Notes: generated by a model from the letters alone, not told the origin. A stretch of DNA of 64,000 nt from Planctomycetota bacterium (GCA_021414065.1 JAIOPE010000004.1:38636-102635), one strand, 5' to 3'. Positions 1 to 12,614 are shown, numbered from the stretch's first letter. Made by a program: numbers and translations.

Positions 1-456
1 GGGCTCCGCCGCTGGACGCTCGTCTGGCCGCCGCGCGCGAGCTGGGACGAGACCGACCGGACGGGCGCTGCGCAACGGGACCCAGAGCTTCGCGACGGCG
101 AGCAGAAGCTGGCACCGGCGGAACAGAGCGACACTCCGCTGCTCGCAGTCCCGGGACCGGTCCTGGGGATCACATGGGGCGACGTCCCGGACGTCCTTCG
201 CGATCAGCTCGATCTGCCCGTCGGCGGTCTGGTCGTCACGGGCGTTGCAGCCGACTCGGTTGCGGCAAGGCTGGGCGTGCGTCGAAACGACGTGCTGGTC
301 TCGCTCGGAGGCCGTCCGATCGCAAGTCCGGCCGACATTCGGAAGACGCTCGAGTCGGCGCGCGCCCCTGGAGAGGTTTCGAAGCCGCTCGCCGCGGAGG
401 TGCTCCGGAAGGGGAAGCGCGAGACGTTGACCGAGGCGCGGACGGAGACGCGCTGA
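1..456 (+). CDS. PDZ domain-containing protein, C-terminal fragment (5' end outside the window)
   Basis: Frame 1 is open from base 1 to TGA at 454-456. The translation ...LPVGGLVVTGVAADSVAARLGVRRNDVLVSLGGRPIASPADIRKTLE is a typical PDZ fold signature (GLxV..V...S.A...G....D.I..v.g..i). It is absent from the ORF track because no start codon lies in the window. Confidence 0.6.
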   Translation, partial: GLRRWTLVWPPRASWDETDRTGAAQRDPELRDGEQKLAPAEQSDTPLLAVPGPVLGITWGDVPDVLRDQLDLPVGGLVVTGVAADSVAARLGVRRNDVLVSLGGRPIASPADIRKTLESARAPGEVSKPLAAEVLRKGKRETLTEARTETR

Positions 457-474
457 AAGAGACGCTTCGCCGCG

Positions 475-801
475 CTACTTCGGCGCGCCGGTCTCACAAT
501 CGACCGGCAGCTTCACTTCGGCGTACCCCTGCGCGGTCATCGTCGCTCGCACGGCCGCGATCCGGCGGCGGACGAGTTCGTTCGCGGCGGCGGCTTCGGC
601 CGCGTCCCGCGGGGGCGACGCCGGCGCCGGGATGTCGCGCGCAGCGGCGTCCATGGCGTTCACGAGCGCGGATCGGCCCTCCTCGGGAGACGCCCCGGAA
701 CGCTCGTATCCGATTCGCCAGCACTGGGGGCCGCCGCACGCGGCCAGTGCGATCAGCGTGAGTGGCACCGTCATCCGGAGAACCGACTGAGTGCGCGTCA
801 T
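475..801 (-). CDS. small hypothetical lipoprotein
   Basis: 108-aa ORF. The N-terminus MTRTQSVLRMTVPLTLIALAACGG has a signal peptide and a lipobox-like LAAC. No family recognised. Confidence 0.45.
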   Translation of the reverse strand: MTRTQSVLRMTVPLTLIALAACGGPQCWRIGYERSGASPEEGRSALVNAMDAAARDIPAPASPPRDAAEAAAANELVRRRIAAVRATMTAQGYAEVKLPVDCETGAPK

Positions 802-827
802 GGTTGGACTCCCTGCGATCGCGGAAA

Positions 828-2213
<1,386 letters not shown>

Positions 2214-2225
2214 GTGTCGCTCCCG

Positions 2226-2834
2226 TCAAACCTTCTTCGGCACCTTCAGCGTCTCGACCACATCGTCCACGAGCCCGTAGTCCTTGGCTGCGCGGGCGTC
2301 CATGAAGCGGTCGCGGTCGGTGTCCCGCTCGACCTCGCTCTCCGGTCGTCCGCAGTGACGCGAGACGATCGTGGTGAGCGTCTTCTTGAGCTTCAAGATC
2401 TCCTCTGCCTGGATCTCGATGTCCGCAGCGGTGCCGCGTGCGCCGCCCCAGGGCTGGTGGATCATGATCCGCGAGTTCGGCAGGGCGAACCGCTTGCCGC
2501 GGGCGCCGGCCGCGAGCAGGACTGCGCCCATCGACGCCGCCTGTCCGATGCAGTAGGTCGCGACGTCACACTGGACGAACTGCATCGTGTCGTAGATCGC
2601 GAGACCTGCCGTGACGAGGCCGCCCGGCGAGTTGATGTAGAGGTTGATGTCCTGGTGCTTGTTCTCCTTCTGGAGGAACAAGAGCTGTGCGATCACCACG
2701 TTGGCGACGTGGTCGTCGATTGCCGAGCCGATGAACACGATGCGGTCTTCGAGGAGACGGGAGTAGATGTCGTAGGCGCGCTCGCCGCGCCCCGTCTTCT
2801 CGATGACCATCGGGATGATGAAGTCGCTCGTCAT
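2226..2834 (-). CDS. clpP: ATP-dependent Clp protease proteolytic subunit ClpP
   Basis: 202 aa. Motifs [25 protein letters not shown] and the catalytic Ser context GQAASMG. The start overlaps the tig stop (TGATG). Confidence 0.97.
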   Translation of the reverse strand: MTSDFIIPMVIEKTGRGERAYDIYSRLLEDRIVFIGSAIDDHVANVVIAQLLFLQKENKHQDINLYINSPGGLVTAGLAIYDTMQFVQCDVATYCIGQAASMGAVLLAAGARGKRFALPNSRIMIHQPWGGARGTAADIEIQAEEILKLKKTLTTIVSRHCGRPESEVERDTDRDRFMDARAAKDYGLVDDVVETLKVPKKV

Positions 2835-4168
2835 CAGATCTTCGCCTCCGGTTCGACGACCTTGACGACACCGCGCAGATCGGCCACGGTCTTCTTCTCC
2901 CGCAGCTCGGAGCGGAGCGCGGCGAGGATTCCCTGGCTCTCCAGTGTCGCCTCCATCTGGGCGAGGCTCCGATCGTACCGCTGCGCCATTCGAGCGATCT
3001 CCTGGCGGATCTCGCTCTCTGTGACGAACACCTTGCGCTCCGCGGCGACCTTGTCGAGCAGGAAGCTCGCGCGGAGGTCGCGCTTGACGCGCTCGGCCGC
3101 TGCGCCGACGAGCTGCCGCAACTGCGCCTCGATGTCCGCGTCGGCGATGCCCTGGCGGCGGAACTGGGCCTCGTAGCGGCGCAGCATTCGCTCGGTCTCC
3201 GACGCGATGAGCGACGGCGGCACGTCGAACGGCACGGCCTGGAGAAGTGCTTCGACGATCGCGCCGTCGAGGGCTGCGTCGCGGTTGCCTTCCGCCTGGC
3301 GCTCCAGCTTCTTGCGAAGCTCCGCGCGCATGTCTGCGACGTCGTCGTAGTCCATGTCCTTCGCGAACGCGTCGTCGGCCTCGGGCAGGTCCACGTGCTG
3401 CAACGTCTGGATCGTGAGGGCGATCTTCGCGTCCTGTCCGCGGTGGGCTTCGTCACGGAAGTCGTCGGGGAGCTTCTGCGTGAACTCGGACGTCTCGCCC
3501 TTCCGCTTCCCGAGGAGGCCGGCCGAGAGGCCGTCGATCTGCATTCCGCCGAGCACGTCGGGGCCGTGCTGCCACTCGACGTCAGCCGCTTCGACGATGG
3601 TCTCCTCGCCGACCTGGACCTTCACCTGGAGCGAAACGATGCCCTTCTCGCGGAGGCCGTCGTCACCGCCGTCGCGGACCGTGGCGCGCTCCTCACGCAG
3701 GCGCTGGACGTCGGCGTCCACGTGCGCCTCGGTGACCGTGAGATCGGGGCGGGTGACGCTCAGCTCCGCGAGATTCGGGAGCTCGAACGTCGGCCGCACG
3801 TCGATGCCGATGTCGAACGCGAAGTCCCGGCCGCGCGCCAGTTCGACCTTGCCCCACTCGATGCGCGGGCTGCCGACCGCGAGGAGCTTCTTCTCGTCGA
3901 TCACCTCGTCCACGGCCGACTGCACGAGGCGTTCCTTCACCTCTTCGAGGACCTTCGCGCCGAGTTTCGCCTCGACGAGCTTCCTGGGCGCCTTGCCCTG
4001 GCGGAAGCCGGGGAACTGGACGGTCTTCTCCACGTTGCGGAAGGTGCTCTCGATCTCGGCGTCCACGCGGGCCTGTGGGACGCTGATCTTGATCAGGCGC
4101 GAGCAGGGGCCGGTCTCCTCGATCTGGGCCTCGACGGGGTGTGCGGCGGGGGACGACTGGGAAGACAT
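2834..4168 (-). CDS. tig: trigger factor
   Basis: 444 aa. The N-terminal ribosome-binding signature [15 protein letters not shown], the length and the position upstream of clpP-clpX all fit trigger factor. Confidence 0.92.
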   Translation of the reverse strand: MSSQSSPAAHPVEAQIEETGPCSRLIKISVPQARVDAEIESTFRNVEKTVQFPGFRQGKAPRKLVEAKLGAKVLEEVKERLVQSAVDEVIDEKKLLAVGSPRIEWGKVELARGRDFAFDIGIDVRPTFELPNLAELSVTRPDLTVTEAHVDADVQRLREERATVRDGGDDGLREKGIVSLQVKVQVGEETIVEAADVEWQHGPDVLGGMQIDGLSAGLLGKRKGETSEFTQKLPDDFRDEAHRGQDAKIALTIQTLQHVDLPEADDAFAKDMDYDDVADMRAELRKKLERQAEGNRDAALDGAIVEALLQAVPFDVPPSLIASETERMLRRYEAQFRRQGIADADIEAQLRQLVGAAAERVKRDLRASFLLDKVAAERKVFVTESEIRQEIARMAQRYDRSLAQMEATLESQGILAALRSELREKKTVADLRGVVKVVEPEAKI

Positions 4169-4348
4169 GCAGTTCTCCGTTCGGATTTCTGGTGGGACGC
4201 GCGTTGGACGGTTTCGGGACGGTTTCCGGGACTACGGGTGCCGCGCGCCAATCTCTTGGCGTCGGCTCGGCCCGGGCACAAACCTCGGATGCTAACCCCC
4301 GGGGCGCCCCGGTCGATTCTTGGTCAGCCGGTTTCGGCGGAACGGGGG

Positions 4349-5143
4349 TCAGTTCCCAGCGTCCACCTTGAAGGTGTCCTTCAGCAACTCGCCATACTCC
4401 TTCTCGAGCACCGGCCGATGAGGCTTCGCGAGGAACTCGCCCGCGCGCTCCTTGCCGAGTACTCCCTCGACCTTCTTCTTCGTCCGCATCTCGAGCGTCA
4501 TCAGTTTGCCGACGTTCTGGAAGCCACGCCCGATCGTGTCGGTGACCAGTTGCTGCATCTTGTCCGGGTCGTCGCGCGCGGCGGCGACTTCGTCTCGGAT
4601 TTCGGTCAGCGGGCGGTCTCCGAAGAGGCTCTTCAGCGCCTCCTCCTCGCTGTCGCGCAGCACCTGCCGGACTCCGGCTTCGTCGCTCGCCGACATGCCC
4701 ATCTCCTGCGCGATCTCCTCGAGTGTCTTCGCCTCCACGGGCTTCGTGAAGACGCCGGCGGGCCGACCGGCGGCGCCCGCCTTTGCAATCGCCGCTTCGA
4801 GTTCCGCGCGGGAGACGTACGGGGTGCCGTCGGTGGCGGTGGTTCCCGAAGGGGTGCCTTCGCCGGCCGGTGCTGCATTCCGTTGCGCGACAGCCTCCTC
4901 GATCCGCGCCAGCGCGCGTGCCTGTTCCCGCGAGATCGCGTCGAACCGCTTCTGCAGGAGGTCAGCGCGCTTTGCGGCCACGTCCGACTTCTCGTCGGAC
5001 GTCCGGACCTGAGCCTCGGCTTGCGTGAGCCGGGCGTCCATCTCCGCCTTGCGATCGCCGGTGAGGAGAGACGCACAAAGGAAGAACGTCAGGATCGCGG
5101 AAACGATCCCTCCGAAGAGTGCTGCGAACAGGAGCTTGCCCAT
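4349..5143 (-). CDS. hypothetical membrane-anchored coiled-coil protein
   Basis: The ORF is listed as 4349..5173 with a GTG start. An in-frame ATG at 5143 gives MGKLLFAALFGGIVSAILTFFLCASLL (N-terminal TM helix) followed by a charged, helical region. No family recognised. Confidence 0.55.
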   Translation of the reverse strand: MGKLLFAALFGGIVSAILTFFLCASLLTGDRKAEMDARLTQAEAQVRTSDEKSDVAAKRADLLQKRFDAISREQARALARIEEAVAQRNAAPAGEGTPSGTTATDGTPYVSRAELEAAIAKAGAAGRPAGVFTKPVEAKTLEEIAQEMGMSASDEAGVRQVLRDSEEEALKSLFGDRPLTEIRDEVAAARDDPDKMQQLVTDTIGRGFQNVGKLMTLEMRTKKKVEGVLGKERAGEFLAKPHRPVLEKEYGELLKDTFKVDAGN

Positions 5144-5228
5144 GGTGTTGTCGTGTTCCTCTGGTCCGTGCACCGCATCCTACGCGCTCCGGGTACACTC
5201 GTCCCCGCTCCTCGGGTGGACCGACCGC

Positions 5229-5312
5229 GGGAGAGTGGCGAAATGGCAGACGCGCGGGTCTTAGGAGCCCGTGGAGCAATCCTTGCGGGTTCGAGTCCCG
5301 CCTCTCCCACCA
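5229..5312 (+). tRNA. tRNA-Leu (anticodon TAG), CCA encoded
   Basis: Cloverleaf folded by hand. The acceptor stem is GGGAGAG / CTCTCCC and the anticodon loop is cTTAGga. There is a long variable arm (class II tRNA), a T arm GCGGG-TTCGAGT-CCCGC, discriminator A and a 3' CCA. Confidence 0.9.
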
Positions 5313-5335
5313 GCACACCAGGAGCGACGACACCC

Positions 5336-5959
5336 ATGGACGCCCGCCGCCGTACCGCGCTCGCCGTGCTGCTCGTCGTGAGCGGCGTGCTCGCAGGCGT
5401 GTTCTTCCGCGTGCCGATCCTCCGCGCGCTGTCAGGGGTCGTGTCTGCGACTGTGCCGATGACGGCGGCGGCCTGGGACGAGCAGGTCCGGCTCGACGCC
5501 GTGTCTCTTCTGGCCGTCGTCGCCCCCGATCCCAAGCTCCCGGAAAGCCTCGACGACCCCGCCATGGCCGAGTTCAACGCCAAGTGGGCCGAGCGCCGCG
5601 CGAAGTACTCTCCCGAGAGACTCGACGACCTCCGGACCCGTCTTCACGACTACCTCGACTTCCTCCAAGCCGAACACGCGGACTGCGCGGAGATCTACCG
5701 GTCCGGGCGCCGACCCGAGACGCGGTCCGACGCGGCCGAAGAGGCGAGGCGCCGCATGCACACAGGGTTCGGCGTGTTCGCCGACACACTCACGAAGCAA
5801 GCCGACGACCTCCGCGAGGATGCGTTTCGGGCGTCCCCGAAGGTCGCCCGGGGCGAGGACCCCGACGTCACCGATTTCCGGCAGGAGTACGACGACCTCC
5901 GGGCGTGGCTCCCCCGAGCGCACCGCCGGGTGGACGAGTTGACGAAGCCGGTCGAGTGA
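5336..5959 (+). CDS. hypothetical membrane-anchored protein
   Basis: ATG at 5336 is preceded by AGGAG. MDARRRTALAVLLVVSGVLAGVFF is a single N-terminal TM helix, followed by a charged helical domain. It is the 3' part of the long track ORF 3395..5959. Confidence 0.55.
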   Translation: MDARRRTALAVLLVVSGVLAGVFFRVPILRALSGVVSATVPMTAAAWDEQVRLDAVSLLAVVAPDPKLPESLDDPAMAEFNAKWAERRAKYSPERLDDLRTRLHDYLDFLQAEHADCAEIYRSGRRPETRSDAAEEARRRMHTGFGVFADTLTKQADDLREDAFRASPKVARGEDPDVTDFRQEYDDLRAWLPRAHRRVDELTKPVE

Positions 5960-6107
5960 CTGGCGACGCGGTCGGCGTGGGACCGCGATCCGTGACGAAC
6001 TCGCGACGGGCACAGCGTAGGTTTGCGGTACCGGGCGGAGCGGCCTTTCCTGCCGCGTTCACCAGTCGCTCGGGAATACTCCCGAACGATTCGGCACGGA
6101 CCCACGG

Positions 6108-9100
6108 ATGCGCCCGACCGGCGCCCGACCCGAGCGTGGGCGCGACCGAGAACGCGAGCACTGCCTGAGCGACACGACCGCGGACGAGAGCCGCACCGAG
6201 CGAGTCTGGACCGCGGCACTCGTCGCGGCGCTGGTGGCACTTGCGATTTACGTGCCCCGGGTCTGGGGGCACGGGTTCGTCAACTACGACGATCCGTACG
6301 TTCTGGCGCCGGAGAACCCGGCCATCGGCAAGGGACTCCTCGCGGGGCTGCCCGACCTGCTCCAGTTCTGGAAGACGCCGCAGTTCATGAACGCATGGCT
6401 GCCGCTCTACTACTGGAGCCTTGGCATCGACCACGCGCTCTTCGGCGGCGCGCCGCTCGGGTGGCACCTGCACTCCGTCATGATCCACGCGGGGTGCGCG
6501 GCGATGGTGGCCGTGCTCGCGCGCCGACTCGGCCTCGGTTGGGCAGGCGCAGCCGTCGCGGGTGTCGTGTTCGCGGTGCATCCGGCCGCGGTCGAGAACG
6601 TCGCGTGGGTCGCCGGCCGTAAGGACGTCCTGTCGTTCCTCTGGATGTCGTTCGCCGCGTACGCGTATCTCGAAGCGATCCGCCGCGCGAAGCCGGGGCT
6701 CCACGTGGTCGGCGCGTTCTGCCTGTTCGTCTCGCTCGTCACGAAGGGCACCACGCTCGTCCTCCCGTTGCTGCTCCTCGTCCACGCAACGATCCTGCGC
6801 GACGCCGCGACACCGCGACGCGAGCGACTCCGCGCGGTGCTGCCGTACGGCGTCGTCGCGTTCGTGATGACCGCGTTCCACTTCTGGGTCGCGCAGCGCG
6901 AAGGCACTGCGGGCGGCGTCGTCGCGTCGTTCGGCGCAATCGCGATCGCGGACTTCGATGTCGTCGGCAGGTACGCGGGCCTGCTGCTGGCGCCGTTCGC
7001 GCCGATCTTCCGTCAGAGCGTGGAGCACGGGATCGATCCCGACGCGCCCAACTTCGGACGCGTCGCGGTCGGCGCGGTCGTGATTGCCGCGTGGGGCGGC
7101 GCCCTCTGGCGCACCAGGGTTCGACACCCGCGTGTCGCCGCGCTGCTGCTCTGCGTGCCGCTGGCGCTCGCGCCGTTCAACAACCTGCTCCCTCGCACGA
7201 GCGTTCTGTTCGCGGAGCGCTACGCGTACATCGCAATCGTGCCGGTCGCGTTCGCGATCGGCGCGCTCGTGCACGCCGGCGGCAACCGGCAGATCATCGC
7301 AGCCGTTGCGACGACGGCGTTCGCCGCGTTCGCGTGGCTCCGGATTCCGGTCTGGCACGACTCCGTCACGCTCTGGGCGGACGCCGCGGACGCGGCGCCG
7401 GCGTCGGCGATCGTGCGGATGCAACTCGCGGACGCGTACGCGACGACGGCGCGAGAACGTCCCGCCGAATCCGACGAGTGGAACGCGAAGGCGGAGTCGG
7501 CGTGGCGCGAGTCCGTGGTGCTCGCCGCATCTGCGACGTCCGCGTTCACCGCCGCCGAGTTGGCCCGCATGCGGGCAGAGACTGGTCTCGGCACGCTTCT
7601 CCTCACGACCGGGCCCGGCGGTACGAACACCGAGGAACGCGTTCGGGAGTCGGTCGCGCTCTTCGAATCGGCGGAGCGCCGCCTCGCGGGGATCGACGCG
7701 CCGGGCGCGCAGAACTCGGCGCTGGCGACGATCCTGAGCAATCGTGCGGCTGCACGGGAGACGCTCGGCGACGTGGAGAAAGCGCTCGCCGACTGGACTG
7801 CTGCGGTGCGGGCCGACGAGACGAGCCCGACCGCATGGAGCGGCCTGGCTCGCCTCAGTTTCGCCATGGGGCACGCGAAGGAAGGCTCCGAGGCGCTTGC
7901 GAGGTCTGCGGCGCTTGCGCCGCGCGACACCGCCGCGGCCCGCGACCGTTCGAAGCTGCGTCTTGCGGTCGGCGACGTCTCCGGCGCGAAAATGGAACTC
8001 GAGACGGCGCTCGGTGTCCGCCCCGACGACTACGACCTCGTCATGGACCTGGCGCGGCTCGACGCGTCGCTCCAGCGGCCGCTCGACGCCGAGAAGCGCT
8101 TCCGCCGTGCGCTCGAGTTGCGCGCCGACGACGCTGCCGCAAAGCAGGGCGTCGCGGCGGCACTTCTCGATCATGCGCAGGCGCAGTGCGCGCGCGACGA
8201 CGTGGAGTCGGCGCGCAAGGCTGCGTTGGCCGCCGCCGAGATCGCACCGGATTCCTCCGCGCCGCAGCAGATCCTCGGGATCGTCGCCCGCAGGGCCGGC
8301 GACCTCGAAGAGGCAACGTTGCGATTCCGCAGGGCGCGGGACCTCTATCCCGAGGGAGTCCGCATTCGAGAGGCGCTTGCCGCGGTTCTACTCGAACGGT
8401 CGGCACTCGCCTTCGACGCGAAGAGCGACACGATCGGGACGCTGCTCGCCGAGGAAGCAGTCGCCGCGGATCCGCCGACGATCGCCACCCGAAGCGCGCG
8501 CATCGAGACAGGCACCTCGGGCTGGCCGAAGCCCCCGCTGGCCCCCGACGAGCGCGCCACGGTCACCAGGCAGGCGGCTCTCCGCGGCCTCGCACTGCTC
8601 GCCGCGGGGAGAGCGGCCGACGCCCTGCCCGAACTCGTGGTGGCCGAGCGCGGAAGCCGCGACGCCGAGCCTGCGCTGCGTCGCAACGTGCTGCGACTCC
8701 TGGTCCGCGCACGTTTCCTTGCGGGCCGGATCGACGATGCAGTCGCCGCGGCCGAAGAGCTTCCGGCGCTCTGCACGCCGGAACTTCCATGGCAGGGCTG
8801 GGCGGACCTCGCGTCGGCTCTCATCGAGCGCGGCATCGCGCGACGGGGATCGAAGGACGCCGGTGGCTCCGCAGCGGACTTCGACCGCGCGCGGAGCACG
8901 CTCGACGCCGCTGCGTCGCACGGAATGCCGATCGCACGGTGGCACCTGCGCCGCGGAGAGATCCTCTTCTCCGAGGAGCGGTTCGTCGATGCGACCCGGG
9001 AGTTCGATCTCGCGTCCGACAGCGACCCGAAGGACCCCGAGCCCTACCTCGACCGCGCGTCCGTCTGGCGCGCGCACTACCTGATGGAGGAGGACAAGTC

Positions 9101-10076
9101 GTTCCTCGACGGCGCGGAGAAGGACCTCCGCCGCGCGCTGCTCCTGGCTCCGAGCGATCCGCGGGCGATGGCCGCTCTCGGCGAGGTGCTCGTGTTCACT
9201 GCGAAGCCGAGCGAGGCCTACCCGTGGTTGCAGCGTGCGCTGCTCGCCGATCCATCGCAGGCGGGAAGCCGTCGCCTGCTCGCGGAACTGGCCGTGCGCG
9301 CCGGGCGTTCTCACCTCGAGAAGAAGGAACTGAAGGAGGCCAAGGAGACCGCCGACCGTGCGGTCGGACTCGACGCTCTGACACCGGAGCCCTTGATCTT
9401 CCTCGGCGACGTCCTGCGCGCGCAGGGTGAGTGGGACCGTGCACTGGCGAGTTACGAGGCGGCGGCGGCGCGGTGGCCCGAGAGCGTCGAGCCGCGCGCG
9501 GCGCTCGCAAAGTACTACTTCGACGCAGGTCACGTGTACCTCCTCGACGACAAGCGTCGTGCGGCGGCACGCGCGTTCCGCCGCTGCAAGACGTACGACC
9601 AATCGAAGTTCGACGTGTCGGCGGCGGACGATCGTCTGCACCAGATCGCTGTCGGTGCCTTCCAGGACGGCATACGCCTTCAGAGGGCGGCGAAGTCGAA
9701 GTCCGACGCCGGCACGGCGGCCGAAGCCGCGAAGTTGATCGAGGAGTCCGCGAGTTCGTTCGAGACCTCGGTGATCGCGGAGCCGACGCCCGAGGGGCGG
9801 TTCAACCTGGGGCTCGTGCTGACGGAGGCCGGGCGGCTCGACGACGCGCTCGCGGCGTACACGGCTGCGTCCGAGGAATCGCCCGGCGACGCTGCGATCC
9901 GCATCAACCGAGCCGCCGTCCTGCTGCGCCTCGGCCGCTGGGACGAGTCCGAGCGCGACTATCGATGGATCGTGGAGCATCGGCCCGCCGGCGATGCCGA
10001 CCGCGCTGCGGCGACGCGCCAACTCGCATGGATCGACGCGCAGCGGAAGGAACTCGACGGGGGGCCGAAGAAGTGA
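6108..10076 (+). CDS. TMTC/PMT-like multi-pass membrane protein fused to a long TPR array
   Basis: 1322 aa. The N-terminal ~400 aa hold many TM helices and the motif VNYDDPYVL typical of the TPR-linked glycosyltransferase-C-like (DUF1736/TMTC-type) family. The remainder consists of repeated TPR-like 34-aa units (A..Y..A......P....A...LG). Confidence 0.75.
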   Translation: MRPTGARPERGRDREREHCLSDTTADESRTERVWTAALVAALVALAIYVPRVWGHGFVNYDDPYVLAPENPAIGKGLLAGLPDLLQFWKTPQFMNAWLPLYYWSLGIDHALFGGAPLGWHLHSVMIHAGCAAMVAVLARRLGLGWAGAAVAGVVFAVHPAAVENVAWVAGRKDVLSFLWMSFAAYAYLEAIRRAKPGLHVVGAFCLFVSLVTKGTTLVLPLLLLVHATILRDAATPRRERLRAVLPYGVVAFVMTAFHFWVAQREGTAGGVVASFGAIAIADFDVVGRYAGLLLAPFAPIFRQSVEHGIDPDAPNFGRVAVGAVVIAAWGGALWRTRVRHPRVAALLLCVPLALAPFNNLLPRTSVLFAERYAYIAIVPVAFAIGALVHAGGNRQIIAAVATTAFAAFAWLRIPVWHDSVTLWADAADAAPASAIVRMQLADAYATTARERPAESDEWNAKAESAWRESVVLAASATSAFTAAELARMRAETGLGTLLLTTGPGGTNTEERVRESVALFESAERRLAGIDAPGAQNSALATILSNRAAARETLGDVEKALADWTAAVRADETSPTAWSGLARLSFAMGHAKEGSEALARSAALAPRDTAAARDRSKLRLAVGDVSGAKMELETALGVRPDDYDLVMDLARLDASLQRPLDAEKRFRRALELRADDAAAKQGVAAALLDHAQAQCARDDVESARKAALAAAEIAPDSSAPQQILGIVARRAGDLEEATLRFRRARDLYPEGVRIREALAAVLLERSALAFDAKSDTIGTLLAEEAVAADPPTIATRSARIETGTSGWPKPPLAPDERATVTRQAALRGLALLAAGRAADALPELVVAERGSRDAEPALRRNVLRLLVRARFLAGRIDDAVAAAEELPALCTPELPWQGWADLASALIERGIARRGSKDAGGSAADFDRARSTLDAAASHGMPIARWHLRRGEILFSEERFVDATREFDLASDSDPKDPEPYLDRASVWRAHYLMEEDKSFLDGAEKDLRRALLLAPSDPRAMAALGEVLVFTAKPSEAYPWLQRALLADPSQAGSRRLLAELAVRAGRSHLEKKELKEAKETADRAVGLDALTPEPLIFLGDVLRAQGEWDRALASYEAAAARWPESVEPRAALAKYYFDAGHVYLLDDKRRAAARAFRRCKTYDQSKFDVSAADDRLHQIAVGAFQDGIRLQRAAKSKSDAGTAAEAAKLIEESASSFETSVIAEPTPEGRFNLGLVLTEAGRLDDALAAYTAASEESPGDAAIRINRAAVLLRLGRWDESERDYRWIVEHRPAGDADRAAATRQLAWIDAQRKELDGGPKK

Positions 10077-10092
10077 CGCCCGGCGGCGGGGA

Positions 10093-10800
10093 ATGAGGCG
10101 GTTCCACCACAAGGATCTCCCGTCGGCCGGGTCGTTCACGTTGGACGGCGAGGAGGGCACGCACCTGACACGCGTGCTGCGCGCTCGGCCCGGCGACGAA
10201 GTCCTCGTCTTCGACGGCGCTGGGCGCGAGGCCCTGTGCCGCGTGGTGGACGCGCGCAAGGACGTGGCACTGCTCGACGTCGTCGCGGCGACTTCGCCGC
10301 GCCGCCCGACGCGCGACATCACGCTCTGCACCGCCGCCCCGAAGGGCGACCGAATGGAGTGGTTGATCGAGAAGTGCGTCGAAGCAGGCGTCTCCTCCAT
10401 CGTCCCCTGGGCGGCGGAACGCAGCGTCCGCGATCGTGCGGGCGAGGGCACGCTCCGGCGTTGGCGGCGGTCTGCGCTCGAAGCTTGCAAGCAGTGCGGT
10501 CGCGCCGATCTTCCGACCGTGTTCGACGTCCTCCCGCTTGCGGATGCCCTGGTCAGCGCCGGCGTGGTCGATCGTGCGCTCTGCGTTGCGACCCCTGGCT
10601 GCCCCGACATGGTCGAAGCGGTCGCCGGCCCCGCCGATGCTGTGCAGGCGATTGCGATCGTCATCGGGCCGGAGGGCGGGTTCACGCCGGGCGAGACCGG
10701 ACTGCTCGGCGCCGCGGGCGCCCGCCCGTTCGGTCTCGGCCCGATGGTCCTTCGCATCGAGACGGCGGCCGTGATCGCCGTGCATCGCGCCGCGTTCTGA
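10093..10800 (+). CDS. rsmE: 16S rRNA (uracil1498-N3)-methyltransferase RsmE
   Basis: MRRFHH... start at 10093. Motifs TLCTAAPKGDRMEWLIEKCVEAGV and IVIGPEGGFTPGE are characteristic of RsmE. Confidence 0.85.
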   Translation: MRRFHHKDLPSAGSFTLDGEEGTHLTRVLRARPGDEVLVFDGAGREALCRVVDARKDVALLDVVAATSPRRPTRDITLCTAAPKGDRMEWLIEKCVEAGVSSIVPWAAERSVRDRAGEGTLRRWRRSALEACKQCGRADLPTVFDVLPLADALVSAGVVDRALCVATPGCPDMVEAVAGPADAVQAIAIVIGPEGGFTPGETGLLGAAGARPFGLGPMVLRIETAAVIAVHRAAF

Positions 10801-10877
10801 GTCCGACCTCACACGCGACGGCGCGGTGTTGCGCCCGCCGCGAGCCACTTGGGGCCAAGCGACGCTACATTGCCACG

Positions 10878-12614
10878 ATGGACACGACGGCCGTCGGCGG
10901 CGCTGGCGGTCCCGGGAGTTCGCCCCCGGGCCGTCCGCGAATCGTTCTCGAGGATCTCGCGGCGGAAGCCCTCGACGAGTTGCCCGACGTCGCGCGAGAG
11001 ATCCGCGCCCTGCGTCGCATCCTCGAGCTCGGGAAACGGCTCACGCGCATCGACGAGGAAGGCGCGTTCCTCGACGCGTTCCTGGAGGGCGCGAACTCGG
11101 TCGCCGGGAGCGAGCGCGCCTTCCTGGTGGCGCCGGACGGCGCAGGCGGTGCCCACGTCGTACGGTCCCGCGATCTTGCGGGCGAGAGTCGCGAGCCTCG
11201 GACGATCGCCACGCCAGCGGCGATGCGCGCGCTCCAGTCGCGCGAAGCGACCCTCCTTCCCCGGGCGCACGAACCCGGAGTTCCGGGCGAGGACCCTCCC
11301 CCCGGAGTGCGCGCAGTGCTTTGCGTGCCGGTCCCCGGGTCGGAGCCGCGCGCGCTCTATGTAGACGGGCGAAGCGACCGCGACTTGTTCGCAGCGTCGG
11401 ACGCGGACCTTCTCGCGCTCTATGCAGAGCAGGCGGCAGCCGGCCTCGAACGGGTGCGTCTCACGGCGCAGAATCGCCGTCAGCGAGACGAACTGGTCGC
11501 GGCGGGCGAACATGCGGAGAGGCTGAACCGCCGTCTCGCCGAGCTCCTCGAACGCAGGACGCTGGAGCTTCGTGACGTTCGGGAGGACCTGGAGCGGGCG
11601 GGCGTGGACGATGCGTTCCGCTCCCGCTACCCGGAGATCGTCGGGCGCGGCGCCGCCATGTCTGCGGTGCTCCGGATGCTCGACCGCGTGGCCGACACCG
11701 GCGTTCCGGTGCTGTTCGAGGGAGAGAGCGGGACCGGCAAGGAGCTGATGGCGCGGGCGCTCCACGCGTCGAGTCGTCGTTCGGCGGGGCGGTTCGTCGC
11801 GGAGAACTGCGCGGCCCTCCCTGAGACACTCCTTGAGAACGAACTCTTCGGTCACGAACGCGGCGCATTCACCGGCGCCGACCACGCGGCGCCCGGCCTG
11901 TTCGAACGCGCGGACGGCGGAACGCTCTTCCTCGACGAAGTGGGGGACACGAGCGTCGCCCTCCAGAAGAGACTCCTGCGCGTGCTGCAGGAAGGCGAGG
12001 TTCGGCGCGTTGGCGGTTCGTCCGTCCGGAAGGTGGACGTCCGGATCGTGACCGCCACGAATCGCGACCTGCGGAAGCTCGTGGACGATGGCCGTTTCCG
12101 CGAGGACCTCTACTACCGCCTCGCGGTGGTGAAGCTCCGGGTCCCGCCGCTCCGCGAGCGACGCGAGGATCTGGCGGCTCTCGTCCATCACTTTCTCGTG
12201 CGAGCTGCCGGGGGTGGTGCCGCCACGCTTGCGGCCGGGGCGCGGCCGGAGGTCCCGTCGATCGCCGCCGACGCCATGGACGCCTTCGTGGCGTACGACT
12301 GGCCCGGCAACGTGCGGCAGCTTGAGAACGAAGTCCGCCGGGCGGTGGCGCTCTGCCGAGGCGGGGTGATCGATCGGGCGGCCCTGTCGAAGGATCTGCT
12401 CGACGGGCCGCGCGACGCGACGGCGGCGGCGGCCGGCGCCTCCCTGACCGCCGGCCGGTCACTCCGGGACCTCGTCGAGGACCTCGAGACACGCGTCGTG
12501 CGCGAGGTCATCGAGCGCGAGCACGGGAACATCACCCGTGCGGCGGAGGCCCTCGGCTTGTCCCGCCTCGGACTCCGGAAGAAGCTGCGGCGGTACGGCC
12601 TCGTCCGGGATTAG
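10878..12614 (+). CDS. sigma-54-dependent transcriptional activator (GAF sensor, AAA+ domain, Fis-type HTH; no receiver domain)
   Basis: ATG at 10878. The AAA+ core carries [10 protein letters not shown] (Walker A), GAFTGA (the sigma-54 contact loop), TLFLDEVGD (Walker B) and FREDLYYRL. The C-terminal [26 protein letters not shown] is a Fis-type HTH. The N-terminal ~200 aa look GAF-like. Confidence 0.9.
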   Translation: MDTTAVGGAGGPGSSPPGRPRIVLEDLAAEALDELPDVAREIRALRRILELGKRLTRIDEEGAFLDAFLEGANSVAGSERAFLVAPDGAGGAHVVRSRDLAGESREPRTIATPAAMRALQSREATLLPRAHEPGVPGEDPPPGVRAVLCVPVPGSEPRALYVDGRSDRDLFAASDADLLALYAEQAAAGLERVRLTAQNRRQRDELVAAGEHAERLNRRLAELLERRTLELRDVREDLERAGVDDAFRSRYPEIVGRGAAMSAVLRMLDRVADTGVPVLFEGESGTGKELMARALHASSRRSAGRFVAENCAALPETLLENELFGHERGAFTGADHAAPGLFERADGGTLFLDEVGDTSVALQKRLLRVLQEGEVRRVGGSSVRKVDVRIVTATNRDLRKLVDDGRFREDLYYRLAVVKLRVPPLRERREDLAALVHHFLVRAAGGGAATLAAGARPEVPSIAADAMDAFVAYDWPGNVRQLENEVRRAVALCRGGVIDRAALSKDLLDGPRDATAAAAGASLTAGRSLRDLVEDLETRVVREVIEREHGNITRAAEALGLSRLGLRKKLRRYGLVRD

